64,000 bases of DNA from a virus. Under the pieces are notes generated by a model, which worked only from the letters and a program-made list of their open reading frames with translations, had not been told where the DNA came from and made no database searches. Positions 1 to 8,230 of this stretch are shown piece after piece (positions within the stretch are counted from its first letter, which is position 1; each line of letters opens with the position of its first letter). The DNA is taken from the IMG/VR virus record IMGVR_UViG_3300037584_005429, positions 19,060 through 83,059 of that record. One strand, written 5' to 3'. A program made the position numbers and the translations under genes.

Positions 1-430
1 GTATGTTTTGTTTTTTACAAATATCTTTAACTAGTTTTAAAGTACTCTCCATCTGTTTATTACTATAAATATCCCAAAAATATTTACCTCTCCATTTTTT
101 CTCATGGACTTTATTAGTATAAATATCACCTAACCAATCAACAAACTTTCCGTCTTGACTTCTTCTTTTTAACCAACCTAAATTTTCCAAACAAATAATA
201 ACAACACCTGTATGGGTATAACCATCTAAATAGTGAGATGTTACATCTTGATTATTTAAATTATGTATTTTTCCAGATTTTTCTATTAAATAATTAGGTA
301 TTTTTTTGTAATTACCATTTAATCTAAATTTTAATGAATTTAAGAAATCTTGACTATTTCTATTTGTATTACATAAAAGAATTTGTTTACTTTCTACCTT
401 CGTACTTGAGTGTATTTTTGTTTTCTTCAT
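1..430 (-). CDS. Amidase_2/PGRP-like N-acetylmuramoyl-L-alanine amidase-like protein (partial, runs off the left edge; absent from the ORF track)
   Basis: Manual translation from ATG at 430: MKKTKIHSSTKVESKQILLCNTNRNSQDFLNSLKFRLNGNYKKIPNYLIEKSGKIHNL...VVIICLENLGWL...WRGKYFWDIYSNKQMESTLKLVKDICKKQNI, open to base 1. The pattern 'I-L-x-x-T ... YLI..sG.I ... I.I.lE ... Y...Q.es...Lv..ic....I' matches Amidase_2. It overlaps the stop of the upstream membrane-protein gene. Confidence 0.7.
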   Translation of the reverse strand, partial: MKKTKIHSSTKVESKQILLCNTNRNSQDFLNSLKFRLNGNYKKIPNYLIEKSGKIHNLNNQDVTSHYLDGYTHTGVVIICLENLGWLKRRSQDGKFVDWLGDIYTNKVHEKKWRGKYFWDIYSNKQMESTLKLVKDICKKQNI

Positions 431-1709
431 CTTTAGAGTTTACAACTTTATTTATTAATGTCTGTGTCGTATCTGTTAGTCTGTCTAAATCTACGTTTTC
501 ATCACTATAATTAATATTAAGTGCTTCGGCTAATTTTTCAAGTTCTTTTTTGGTGGGATTTATTGGATTTTCCTCTATAGTGTTTTCTGTTTTTGCTATT
601 TCTTTACTCAAATTTTCAACCTCTTCTTCTGTTAAATTTTTTGTTGTTGTAATTAAATTTTTATAATTGTCTTCTTTATCATAATGTATTCCATCATTCC
701 CATTTTGACCTATAACATTCATTCGTTTTTCATCTTCTTCCGTATATAATTCTTCTTCAATATTCCTATCTTTTTTATCTTGTCTAGCAAAAGCTTTTGA
801 AACTTCTTCCATGTTATATGGTGTGTTAAATTCTAACCCGTTTGGTTTTGACATTTTTACATCTTTAGGACTAATTCCACCAGTTTGAATTATAAATTCT
901 TCTTTTTTTGATTTTATCTGTGCAAATGCAAAATTAGCTGCCACAACTAATGCAATTGCTAGTGGGTCAAATACAAATATAATTAATAATAAAAACCAAT
1001 TAACAACCTCATTCATTGGTTTACCGGTAGTTTCCGCCAAATACTTTAAAGGTCCCAGTTCTCTTTCAGCTTCGTTACTAACTTCTTTATCTAATAATAA
1101 TACGTCGGTTGAATTTATAGAATCAAGAACAGCTTCTAATTTTATGTTAACGTCATCTCTATCTTTTATTGTGTTTTCTAATTCTTTTTGTAAAGCTCGT
1201 CTCGTAGAACTAGATGTAGTTGTTATTACCTGTTCGGCTTCTTTATCATAATATGATACTGAACTTGGGTTTGATAGGGATACTCTTAATTCAGAAATTG
1301 ATTTATTTAATTGAGTTTTTTCAATAGTTAAATCTGTTTTTTGTTCTTCAAATCTTATTTGTTTTTGATTTAGTATAGCTAAAGATTTGTCTAATAACTC
1401 GGATTTGGTTGCTGTCTCTTGGTAAGCTCCTGATAAAAATCCATATATACCCCCACTTGTAATTAATATGAGTATAAAGCAAGCTAATGAAAGATAGATT
1501 TTTAAAGCTCTATTAATTGTATCCCAGTATTGGTATAGTAGTGAAGCTACTACTAGTTTTGCAAATTCTAGTGAACCGGCCATTATTATTACCTGGGTGG
1601 AGGCTCCGGCGAATAGTTTACTTAATCCAAACACCGAATAGAATGCTGCACTACCAGATACCGCTAATGCGGATAAAGCTATTAATAATGGAAACAATCT
1701 TTTTTTCAT
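387..1709 (-). CDS. Membrane protein with N-terminal TM helices, a long coiled coil, a further TM segment and an acidic tail (possible lysis/envelope protein)
   Basis: About 3 hydrophobic helices in the first 95 aa, a heptad-rich middle, the hydrophobic WFLLLIIFVFDPLAIALVVAA, and overlap with the amidase-like gene. Confidence 0.6.
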   Translation of the reverse strand: MKKRLFPLLIALSALAVSGSAAFYSVFGLSKLFAGASTQVIIMAGSLEFAKLVVASLLYQYWDTINRALKIYLSLACFILILITSGGIYGFLSGAYQETATKSELLDKSLAILNQKQIRFEEQKTDLTIEKTQLNKSISELRVSLSNPSSVSYYDKEAEQVITTTSSSTRRALQKELENTIKDRDDVNIKLEAVLDSINSTDVLLLDKEVSNEAERELGPLKYLAETTGKPMNEVVNWFLLLIIFVFDPLAIALVVAANFAFAQIKSKKEEFIIQTGGISPKDVKMSKPNGLEFNTPYNMEEVSKAFARQDKKDRNIEEELYTEEDEKRMNVIGQNGNDGIHYDKEDNYKNLITTTKNLTEEEVENLSKEIAKTENTIEENPINPTKKELEKLAEALNINYSDENVDLDRLTDTTQTLINKVVNSKDEENKNTLKYEGRK

Positions 1710-1723
1710 TTATCCTTTTATTG

Positions 1724-1730
1724 ATAAATA
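1724..1730 (-). promoter_or_regulatory. TATTTAT motif (putative phage-specific/late promoter element)
   Basis: TATTTAT lies 14 nt upstream of the ATG at 1709. The same heptamer recurs before at least 7 other genes. Confidence 0.55.
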
Positions 1731-2528
1731 TTAATCTGTTAGGTATTCTAATAGTTGGTAGCTATCATTTCTAAGTTTACGTAAGGCTTTTTCTTTTATT
1801 TGTCTAACTCTCTCCTTTGTTAGTGATAGTCCGTCTCCTATTTCTTGTAAAGTCATAGGTGTATTATGTAAACCATAATAATCTATTATTATATTTTTTT
1901 CCCTTTCGTCTAAAACTGACATTAACTTAGTTAGTTCATCTTTTAGATTTACTTCATCAGCAAAAGCATCTTCTGGATTATCAGCATCTTTATTTATAAG
2001 AATATCTATCAAAGTATCACCTTCTTCATTTATTGGTCTATCGTAGTTAATTGTTGTTGGTAACATAGCTAACTTACTATTCAATTTAGTTATTTCTTCA
2101 CTAACTTTTTTCCTTTCTCTATGTAACTCTTGTATAATATTTACTGGTAGTCTTATAGTACGTGCATGTTCATTTAAAGACTGTAGTATTGATTGTTTTA
2201 CCCACCATACCGCGTATGATATAAATCTAAAACCTTTTTCCCATTTAAAGTTATTGATTGCTTTTAAAAGTCCGTAATTACCCTCAGCTATTAAATCCGG
2301 TAAATCCATACCTTGTCCCTGATAGTCTTTAGCTACACTAATAACAAATCTTAGATTACCCTCTAATAATTCTAGATGTACTTTTTCTTTCTCTTGTAGA
2401 GATAGTTCATTATTTAACATCATTTTAGCTAATTCTTTTTCTCTATCCGGTGTTAAAACTTTTCTTTTTCTAACGTCTTTTAGGTATTGGGATATTTCTG
2501 TTTGATTTATGAATGTATTTTTTGACAT
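1731..2528 (-). CDS. Phage-encoded sigma70-family RNA polymerase sigma factor (RpoD/RpoS-like, Bacteroidota-type, no region 1.1)
   Basis: Region 1.2 ISQYLKDVRK; region 2 NLRFVISVAKDYQGQGMDLPDLIAEGNYGLLKA...GFRFISYAVWWVKQSI; region 4 HTH MTLQEIGDGLSLTKERVRQIKEKALRKLR. Confidence 0.95.
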   Translation of the reverse strand: MSKNTFINQTEISQYLKDVRKRKVLTPDREKELAKMMLNNELSLQEKEKVHLELLEGNLRFVISVAKDYQGQGMDLPDLIAEGNYGLLKAINNFKWEKGFRFISYAVWWVKQSILQSLNEHARTIRLPVNIIQELHRERKKVSEEITKLNSKLAMLPTTINYDRPINEEGDTLIDILINKDADNPEDAFADEVNLKDELTKLMSVLDEREKNIIIDYYGLHNTPMTLQEIGDGLSLTKERVRQIKEKALRKLRNDSYQLLEYLTD

Positions 2529-2572
2529 ATAATTACTTTTTATTTATTAAACGTTTATATAGCTATTTTATT

Positions 2573-2614
2573 ACAAATAGTGTACCATTAATTTAGTACT
2601 GACTTTTTGTCAGT
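2573..2614 (-). promoter_or_regulatory. RpoN(sigma54)-like -24/-12 element with an upstream palindromic site
   Basis: The minus strand reads ACTGAC-AAAAA-GTCAGT (2614-2598), then 10 nt, then TGGTAC-ACTAT-TTGT (2587-2573). This has the spacing of TGGCAC-N5-TTGC and ends 44 nt upstream of the sigma ATG. Confidence 0.5.
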
Positions 2615-2631
2615 TCATACTAAATATTGTA

Positions 2632-2639
2632 CAAATATA
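2632..2639 (-). promoter_or_regulatory. Bacteroidota-type -7 box TATATTTG upstream of the sigma gene
   Basis: Exact TAnnTTTG match in the 2529-2679 intergenic region. No clear -33 TTG at the expected spacing. Confidence 0.4.
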
Positions 2640-2679
2640 ACAAATAAATTTTAATTATTATGTATTTTACGATAAAATT

Positions 2680-3048
2680 TTAAATTAGATATGGTGTTAA
2701 AACCTTGTTTACATTTTCTGATGTCATAGTATTGATACAATTTCCTTCATCACAATTTACTTTGTCTTGGACTGATGGTATATAGAATGTCTTCCCGTCA
2801 ACACTTTCTACAATCATAACTGGTGTAAACCAGTTAAGTCCATCATTAGTATCTCTTTCCGCGTCTATAAAGTCCCATCTATTAGCAGAATTAATTTTTT
2901 TTTGTTTTTCTGATTCTACTTTAGTGGTTATACTTAGATTGGTGAATGGGATGTTATTTTGTTTAAGTATTTCTTTTAGGGTTTGACAGTCTTCACACAC
3001 ATCTTCTGTGAATAATGATAATTTGTATTCTGCTGTATTAAATTTCAT
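2680..3048 (-). CDS. Glutaredoxin/NrdH-like thioredoxin-fold protein (CEDC)
   Basis: LFTEDVCEDCQTLKEILKQNNIPFT N-terminal CxxC, and the cis-Pro loop-like FTPVMIV. Confidence 0.75.
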   Translation of the reverse strand: MKFNTAEYKLSLFTEDVCEDCQTLKEILKQNNIPFTNLSITTKVESEKQKKINSANRWDFIDAERDTNDGLNWFTPVMIVESVDGKTFYIPSVQDKVNCDEGNCINTMTSENVNKVLTPYLI

Positions 3049-3076
3049 ATAACAATATTTTTTTAAACTTATTTTA

Positions 3077-3634
3077 TTAAATATTATTATATTTTTTTAA
3101 GAAATCAAGTTCTTCTTGTGTTAGACTTTCCATACCCTCATCGATTATCTTGTCCAGTACATTATCCACATTTAGAGGTCTTAGTTGGTGGGTTTTTGTT
3201 TTTTCTATAGGGTTTAGTAAAGTCTCTTTTAATCTATTAATTTTGTTACTCATTAAATTCTTTAGTTGGTCTGCTAAAGCCTGTGCGACTCTAGGGTCTA
3301 CATTTAATTGTGGGTGAAAAGGTGCTTTACCAAATAAGTGATTTTCTAAATTTTCATCTAACCTATACCCTAATTTTCTAGGTTTAGGCATTAAAAAATA
3401 AGTAGAAATGTGTGGTTCTAAAAATTCTTGTAGTATTTGATTTATGTCTTCAAATGTTAATTCGGATTTTATACACATTATAATAACTTTGTCTCCTGTT
3501 ACAAAAGTAAATTCTTGTGTAGTAACTATTGTTTCCATAATATCTCTGATGTTATTCATTATTGGGGCATTTCTTTCTATTGTTTCCCAATTTCCAAACA
3601 TAAATAATAGATACTTTTTTACTCTAGGTTTCAT
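3077..3634 (-). CDS. Hypothetical protein with a C-terminal DUF6576-like motif
   Basis: The C-terminus VDNVLDKIIDEGMESLTQEELDFLKKY resembles the 'D.ILDKI...G..SLT..E..FL' motif found on Bacteroidota rhomboid proteases. Confidence 0.55.
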   Translation of the reverse strand: MKPRVKKYLLFMFGNWETIERNAPIMNNIRDIMETIVTTQEFTFVTGDKVIIMCIKSELTFEDINQILQEFLEPHISTYFLMPKPRKLGYRLDENLENHLFGKAPFHPQLNVDPRVAQALADQLKNLMSNKINRLKETLLNPIEKTKTHQLRPLNVDNVLDKIIDEGMESLTQEELDFLKKYNNI

Positions 3635-3637
3635 AAT

Positions 3638-3645
3638 TATAAATA
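3638..3645 (-). promoter_or_regulatory. TATTTATA motif
   Basis: TATTTATA lies 3 nt upstream of the ATG at 3634, in a 12-nt intergenic gap. Confidence 0.45.
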
Positions 3646-3646
3646 T

Positions 3647-5977
3647 TTAAATAAGTTTTGAAATATTATTTTCTTTTTTAATTGTTATGTTATTGTCTGC
3701 CCATTCTCTAACTAGTGGATTGTGGGTGATTAAAAAAACGTTTTCAAAATAATCCTTAATCCTACTAAAAAATACCCCTACTTGGTCTAAATTTTCATTA
3801 CTAACTTTACCTAATACCTCATCGAATACAGTAATATTAGGTCTTGGTAAACAGGAAACTTTTGTTAAAACAGTTCTTATCGCTAACGAAGATAGAGTTT
3901 TTTCAAACCCACTACCAGTAGATAATAATTTTTCAACATTAGTTTGATTGTCTACCATCCAAAATTCAACTTCATTTTTATCATTAACTCTGATTTCTAC
4001 CATAAAATTTGTAACATCTGATAATAGTCTCATTAACTCATTATTTAATTTAGGTACAACACTTTTAACAATTGTTTTTATTATACCATTTTTACCAAAT
4101 ACTGTTAAGTAAGCTCTAAAAATTTTTTCTACGTTATTTTCTTTTTTTATTTTTTCTATTTTGTTTTGATTTTCATTTATTGAGTTTTCTATTGTTTCTA
4201 CTCTATTATTGTTATACTCAACCTCCCTAAATATATTTTCTTTTTTATTTTTTAATACGTCTATTTCTGAATTTATAGTTAAAATTTGTTTTTCTAATTT
4301 TGTATTATTTTCTAATCTTTCTTTATTTTCTTTCCATTTAGTAAGTTTATTTTTTAATTTTTCCAACCCTAATTCTTTTTGTCCAACCTCTAAAATTAAT
4401 CTTTCTTTTTTAAGAAGTTCTTTTTCATATTCATCAAAAACAATTTTTTTGGTTGTTAACTCATCTATTTCATTATCTAATTTTTTTATTTCTAAATCTT
4501 TGTCTTCAATAATTAAATTTAAGCTTTTTGTTTCTTCTTCTAAATTAGATATTTCTTCACTATGGTCCACATCTTTTAGTGTTTGTTTACACATAGGACA
4601 TATTTCTGATTCTCTTAAATTTTTTAAGGTATTAGTTAAATTTTTTAAATTAGTTTTATTTTTTATATTTTGTATATTAGTTTCTTCTCTAATTTTAGTT
4701 TGTTTTCTTAAAAATTCTAAATCTATTTCTTCTGGTATTTCTTTATCACCATAAACATTTAATTTTACATTTAAATCTTTTAATTCTTTTTCTTCTTGTT
4801 CTATAGTATTTTCAACCAGTCTTGGATTAACATTTTGTATTTCAACATCTATGTCACTTATTTTTTGACTTATTAACTTATCTCTGGAGATATTTTTTTC
4901 TTTTAGTTCTTTATCCCAAATTTTTAAATTATCGTTATTTGTTGAATTAGTTTTTATTAAGTTATCTTTTTCTTCAATATATTTTTTTATCTCTTCCTTT
5001 AATTCCTCTATATTATACACATTAGAAATTAAAGTTTTAGACCATTTTGAGTACATCTCTTTACAAACTTTTTCTTTATCTTTTAAAACCTCCAAACCTA
5101 TAAATCTACTAAGTATATTTCCTCTCTCTGTTGGTTTTGATTCGATTAGTGATTCTAGATTAGATGCTGTTGATAGTACTGTTAATAAAAAATCGTTCAT
5201 AGTTCCAATAGATTCTTTTATGAACTTTTCGGTTTCTCTTCTTTGTTCACCAGTAAAATTTTGTAGTGACCCATCTTTTTTTCTTTCTAAAAATTCTAGG
5301 TTTGTACTAACTGACCAGTCACCTTTTTTAGTTTTTCTTCTTTTTACTTTTCTAACAATAATATAGTCACGACCATCTATCTCTACCTCACCTTGTACAA
5401 AAACTTCGTTTGATTTTTTAAACCTATTAAATATTTCAGATGCTTTAGTAGATTTTGTAGTGGTATTAAAAAATAAAAATAATATTAGGTCTACTGCGAG
5501 TACAGATTTACCACCAAAGTTAGGTGGGTTAGAATCTATTACTGTTATCCCACCTAATTTTTTAACATCCAAATAATTATTATCACCAAAAGATAAAAAA
5601 TTAGAAAATTTAATATTTTTTATATAAACTCTCTTATATTTTGTATCTATTTCTACAGCATCAGATAATTCTGCATTTACCTTATCATCTAATCTTTTTA
5701 GTAAATTTATATCGACACCCATATCATTTGTCATTACAAATTGTGACATTAAATTTCTTTGGTATGCTGTGTCTAATATATTTTGTTCTAAATCTAAATC
5801 TAGTTCTTTACCTGATTTTCTATCTATACCTCTAGTTAAGATTGTTACGTTTTTAGAATTGTACTTATTTTGGAAGTAACTTCTAACCCTTTTTATTCTT
5901 TCTTGTGTAAAATTTTCTGGTATATCTTCCCAAGTTACTTTAATAAATGGATTTTTTAGATTTTTTAATGCTTTCAT
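3647..5977 (-). CDS. sbcC: SbcC/Rad50 (T4 gp46-like) recombination ATPase with a ~115-aa N-terminal extension
   Basis: IKNIKFSNFLSFG start of the ABC head, Walker A NFGGKS, coiled coils around the zinc hook CPMC, signature-like GSGFEK, Walker B VFDEV and H-loop LITHN. Confidence 0.92.
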   Translation of the reverse strand: MKALKNLKNPFIKVTWEDIPENFTQERIKRVRSYFQNKYNSKNVTILTRGIDRKSGKELDLDLEQNILDTAYQRNLMSQFVMTNDMGVDINLLKRLDDKVNAELSDAVEIDTKYKRVYIKNIKFSNFLSFGDNNYLDVKKLGGITVIDSNPPNFGGKSVLAVDLILFLFFNTTTKSTKASEIFNRFKKSNEVFVQGEVEIDGRDYIIVRKVKRRKTKKGDWSVSTNLEFLERKKDGSLQNFTGEQRRETEKFIKESIGTMNDFLLTVLSTASNLESLIESKPTERGNILSRFIGLEVLKDKEKVCKEMYSKWSKTLISNVYNIEELKEEIKKYIEEKDNLIKTNSTNNDNLKIWDKELKEKNISRDKLISQKISDIDVEIQNVNPRLVENTIEQEEKELKDLNVKLNVYGDKEIPEEIDLEFLRKQTKIREETNIQNIKNKTNLKNLTNTLKNLRESEICPMCKQTLKDVDHSEEISNLEEETKSLNLIIEDKDLEIKKLDNEIDELTTKKIVFDEYEKELLKKERLILEVGQKELGLEKLKNKLTKWKENKERLENNTKLEKQILTINSEIDVLKNKKENIFREVEYNNNRVETIENSINENQNKIEKIKKENNVEKIFRAYLTVFGKNGIIKTIVKSVVPKLNNELMRLLSDVTNFMVEIRVNDKNEVEFWMVDNQTNVEKLLSTGSGFEKTLSSLAIRTVLTKVSCLPRPNITVFDEVLGKVSNENLDQVGVFFSRIKDYFENVFLITHNPLVREWADNNITIKKENNISKLI

Positions 5978-7038
5978 ATAATTTTCTTTATCGCTTCGAT
6001 ACTTTTAATAATAATATTCTTAAAACTAACTTCGTCAAGTTTTCTTTTTTTACTGTTGGCGTATTTTTTAAATTTTTTATTTTTCCATTTTTCTAATTTT
6101 CCGTATAATTCACCATTTTTATTTTGTTTAATATCTTGTAAATATAAATCCATTTCTTTGGGTGTTCTAGGTAATAAAAGTTCCCATAGTTCTGAAGGTG
6201 CTTTTTCTAAACCCCAGTGATTATATACGTACCTCATCCCTAAATTATCAGATATTTTTTTTAAATTTTTTATGTAAATAGACTTATTAACTATAATCAT
6301 TAAAAACCACATTAGTGGAGACTTAAATTTTTTAAATATATTTTTTTTATTCACTATAATATCTGGGTGTTTTAATAAAAAATTATTATGTTCCTTAACA
6401 CTATAAAATTTTAATATTTCTTTTTTTAGTTTTTTTTGTGTTTCATTATTGTGGGTCATTAGGACACTAGTGGTACCACCAAAATGTAGGTATTTCATTC
6501 TAACCTTTTTAATTTTTTTTCCAATTTTGTAAATAGCATTAGATAATTTTAAATCTTCATAACCAAAATAATACTCTTCATCATACCCACCTATTTCTAA
6601 AAATTTATTTCTTTCCATAATCATAGGTGCTTCTTTTAAAAAAAATTTTGTTTTAAATTTTTTATATGGTAAACCTGTCGTATTTAAATCTGGACCAACA
6701 GCGTAAACTTCGTCTGATAGTATTTTAGTGGATTTTAAAATCCAATTATAATCTAATATATCTACATCATCATGAAAAAATGCTAGATACTTTTTATCTG
6801 TGTTTTTTACACCTAAATTATATGCTTTAGGTATATGATATGGTAGTGATTTAATAACTTTTACATCTTCCATTTTAAAATCCTGAGTTGGCCCATTATC
6901 TACCACTATAATTTCTACATCCCAGTCTTTTAAGTGTTTTGTGGTTCTTTTAATACTAGGTATCAATCTCTCCTTAACAAATAAATCATTTAAACAATTT
7001 AAAATAATACAAGAAATGCTTTTATTACCAACCATCAT
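5974..7038 (-). CDS. Glycosyltransferase family 2 (GT-A fold)
   Basis: EIIVVDNG, AYNLGVK, FFHDDV (DxD-like) and FLEIGGYDEEYYFGYEDLKL. Confidence 0.88.
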   Translation of the reverse strand: MMVGNKSISCIILNCLNDLFVKERLIPSIKRTTKHLKDWDVEIIVVDNGPTQDFKMEDVKVIKSLPYHIPKAYNLGVKNTDKKYLAFFHDDVDILDYNWILKSTKILSDEVYAVGPDLNTTGLPYKKFKTKFFLKEAPMIMERNKFLEIGGYDEEYYFGYEDLKLSNAIYKIGKKIKKVRMKYLHFGGTTSVLMTHNNETQKKLKKEILKFYSVKEHNNFLLKHPDIIVNKKNIFKKFKSPLMWFLMIIVNKSIYIKNLKKISDNLGMRYVYNHWGLEKAPSELWELLLPRTPKEMDLYLQDIKQNKNGELYGKLEKWKNKKFKKYANSKKRKLDEVSFKNIIIKSIEAIKKII

Positions 7039-8194
7039 TTATGAGTTTTACTATTTTTTTAATTTCTTTTTTACTTAACCACCACCCCACAGGTAAACAA
7101 ATCATCTCCTCAACCATTTTATCTAGATTTGGTAATTTTGTATTGTATCTGAATACACATGAATGTTTGTCATTTCTTTCATGTACTCTACTAACCATTA
7201 TGTTATTTTTATCCATTTTTTCCATAAATTTTCTTTGGTTTTTTACCTTTATTGTATAAACCCAATATGATGGATTATTTTCTTTTTCTACTTTTAATAA
7301 AGTAATGTTTGGGTTATTTTTTAAATTTTTTGAGTAGTATTCTGCGTTTTTTCTATTAACTTTTAATAATTTATTTACATATTTAAGATTTTCTATGCCC
7401 ACAGTTGCACATATGTCGTTCATATGAAATTTAAATCCCCACTCAGAAATATTATTTTCACATCTAAAATCTTTTGTGTTATCATCTCTATCAATACCAT
7501 ACCACCTTAAAAGTTTTGCTTGTTTTGTTAATTTTTTATCTGGAAGTATAACACACCCACCATCAATACTTGTGATGTGTTTTATAGCTTGAAAACTGTG
7601 TATTTTTATATTATCGTTTTTTATTGCTCCTAACATTTTTCCTTTATATGTGGTACCAAATGAATGAGCTGCATCTTCTATTATAATAGGTCTAAATCCA
7701 TATTTTTTTTCTGAATAATTTTTTATTTCTTCTATTTTTTTTAGGTCTATTGGATTGCCTCCCCAGTGAACTAGTATTATAATTTTAGTTTTTGTAGATA
7801 ATTTATTTTTTAAATCGTCTAAACAAATATTACACGTGTCTCTATCTACGTCAACCCATTTTAAATTTAAATTATTGGCTAATACTGGCCAGTTAGTTGC
7901 GGTACATGTTAGTGGACAACTTAAAACCTCATCACCTTCTTTTACAAAAGGCCAATTATATTTTTTGTGACCATGAATATTATTTTTAAGTAGGTGAAGT
8001 GTTAAATGTATTGCTGAAGTAGCAGAATTAGTTGTTATTAAATTATCACAACCTATGTATTTTTTTAGATTTTTTTCAAATAATTTTACCTGTTCACCCT
8101 CACCTATAAATCCAGATTGTAAAATTTGTTTTACTTTTTCTGGAGCATTAGGTGACATGAATACCTTAAACAGTGGTATGTTAGTTTTCTTCAT
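7025..8194 (-). CDS. DegT/DnrJ/EryC1/StrS-family PLP-dependent NDP-sugar aminotransferase
   Basis: NSATSAIHL, GDEVLSCPLTCTAT, VHWGG, IEDAAHSFG, the PLP-lysine motif SFQAIKHITSIDGG, and the C-terminal ICLPVGWWL. Confidence 0.95.
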   Translation of the reverse strand: MKKTNIPLFKVFMSPNAPEKVKQILQSGFIGEGEQVKLFEKNLKKYIGCDNLITTNSATSAIHLTLHLLKNNIHGHKKYNWPFVKEGDEVLSCPLTCTATNWPVLANNLNLKWVDVDRDTCNICLDDLKNKLSTKTKIIILVHWGGNPIDLKKIEEIKNYSEKKYGFRPIIIEDAAHSFGTTYKGKMLGAIKNDNIKIHSFQAIKHITSIDGGCVILPDKKLTKQAKLLRWYGIDRDDNTKDFRCENNISEWGFKFHMNDICATVGIENLKYVNKLLKVNRKNAEYYSKNLKNNPNITLLKVEKENNPSYWVYTIKVKNQRKFMEKMDKNNIMVSRVHERNDKHSCVFRYNTKLPNLDKMVEEMICLPVGWWLSKKEIKKIVKLINDGW

Positions 8195-8198
8195 ATGT

Positions 8199-8229
8199 AA
8201 AATATAAAGAATTTTAAAGTGTAAATCAA
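8199..8229 (-). promoter_or_regulatory. Host-type promoter TTGA-N19-TATATTTT, 4 nt before the DegT ATG
   Basis: Same TTGA-N19-TAYATTT architecture as at 12149-12179 and 56439-56469. Resembles the Bacteroidota -33/-7 consensus (TTTG / TAnnTTTG). Confidence 0.65.
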
Positions 8230-8230
8230 T

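Noticed and set aside
64-71. TATTTATA match near the left edge (and another TATTTAT at about 8541)
   Set aside because: Both lie inside coding sequence (WDIYS and EIFI codons), so they are probably chance matches in AT-rich DNA.
2581-2633. Hairpin read as an intrinsic terminator or a tRNA/ncRNA
   Set aside because: The stem is AT-rich and bulged with no U-tract on the coding strand, and there is no cloverleaf. It is better explained as a DNA palindrome next to promoter boxes. No tRNA or rRNA genes were recognised anywhere in the window.
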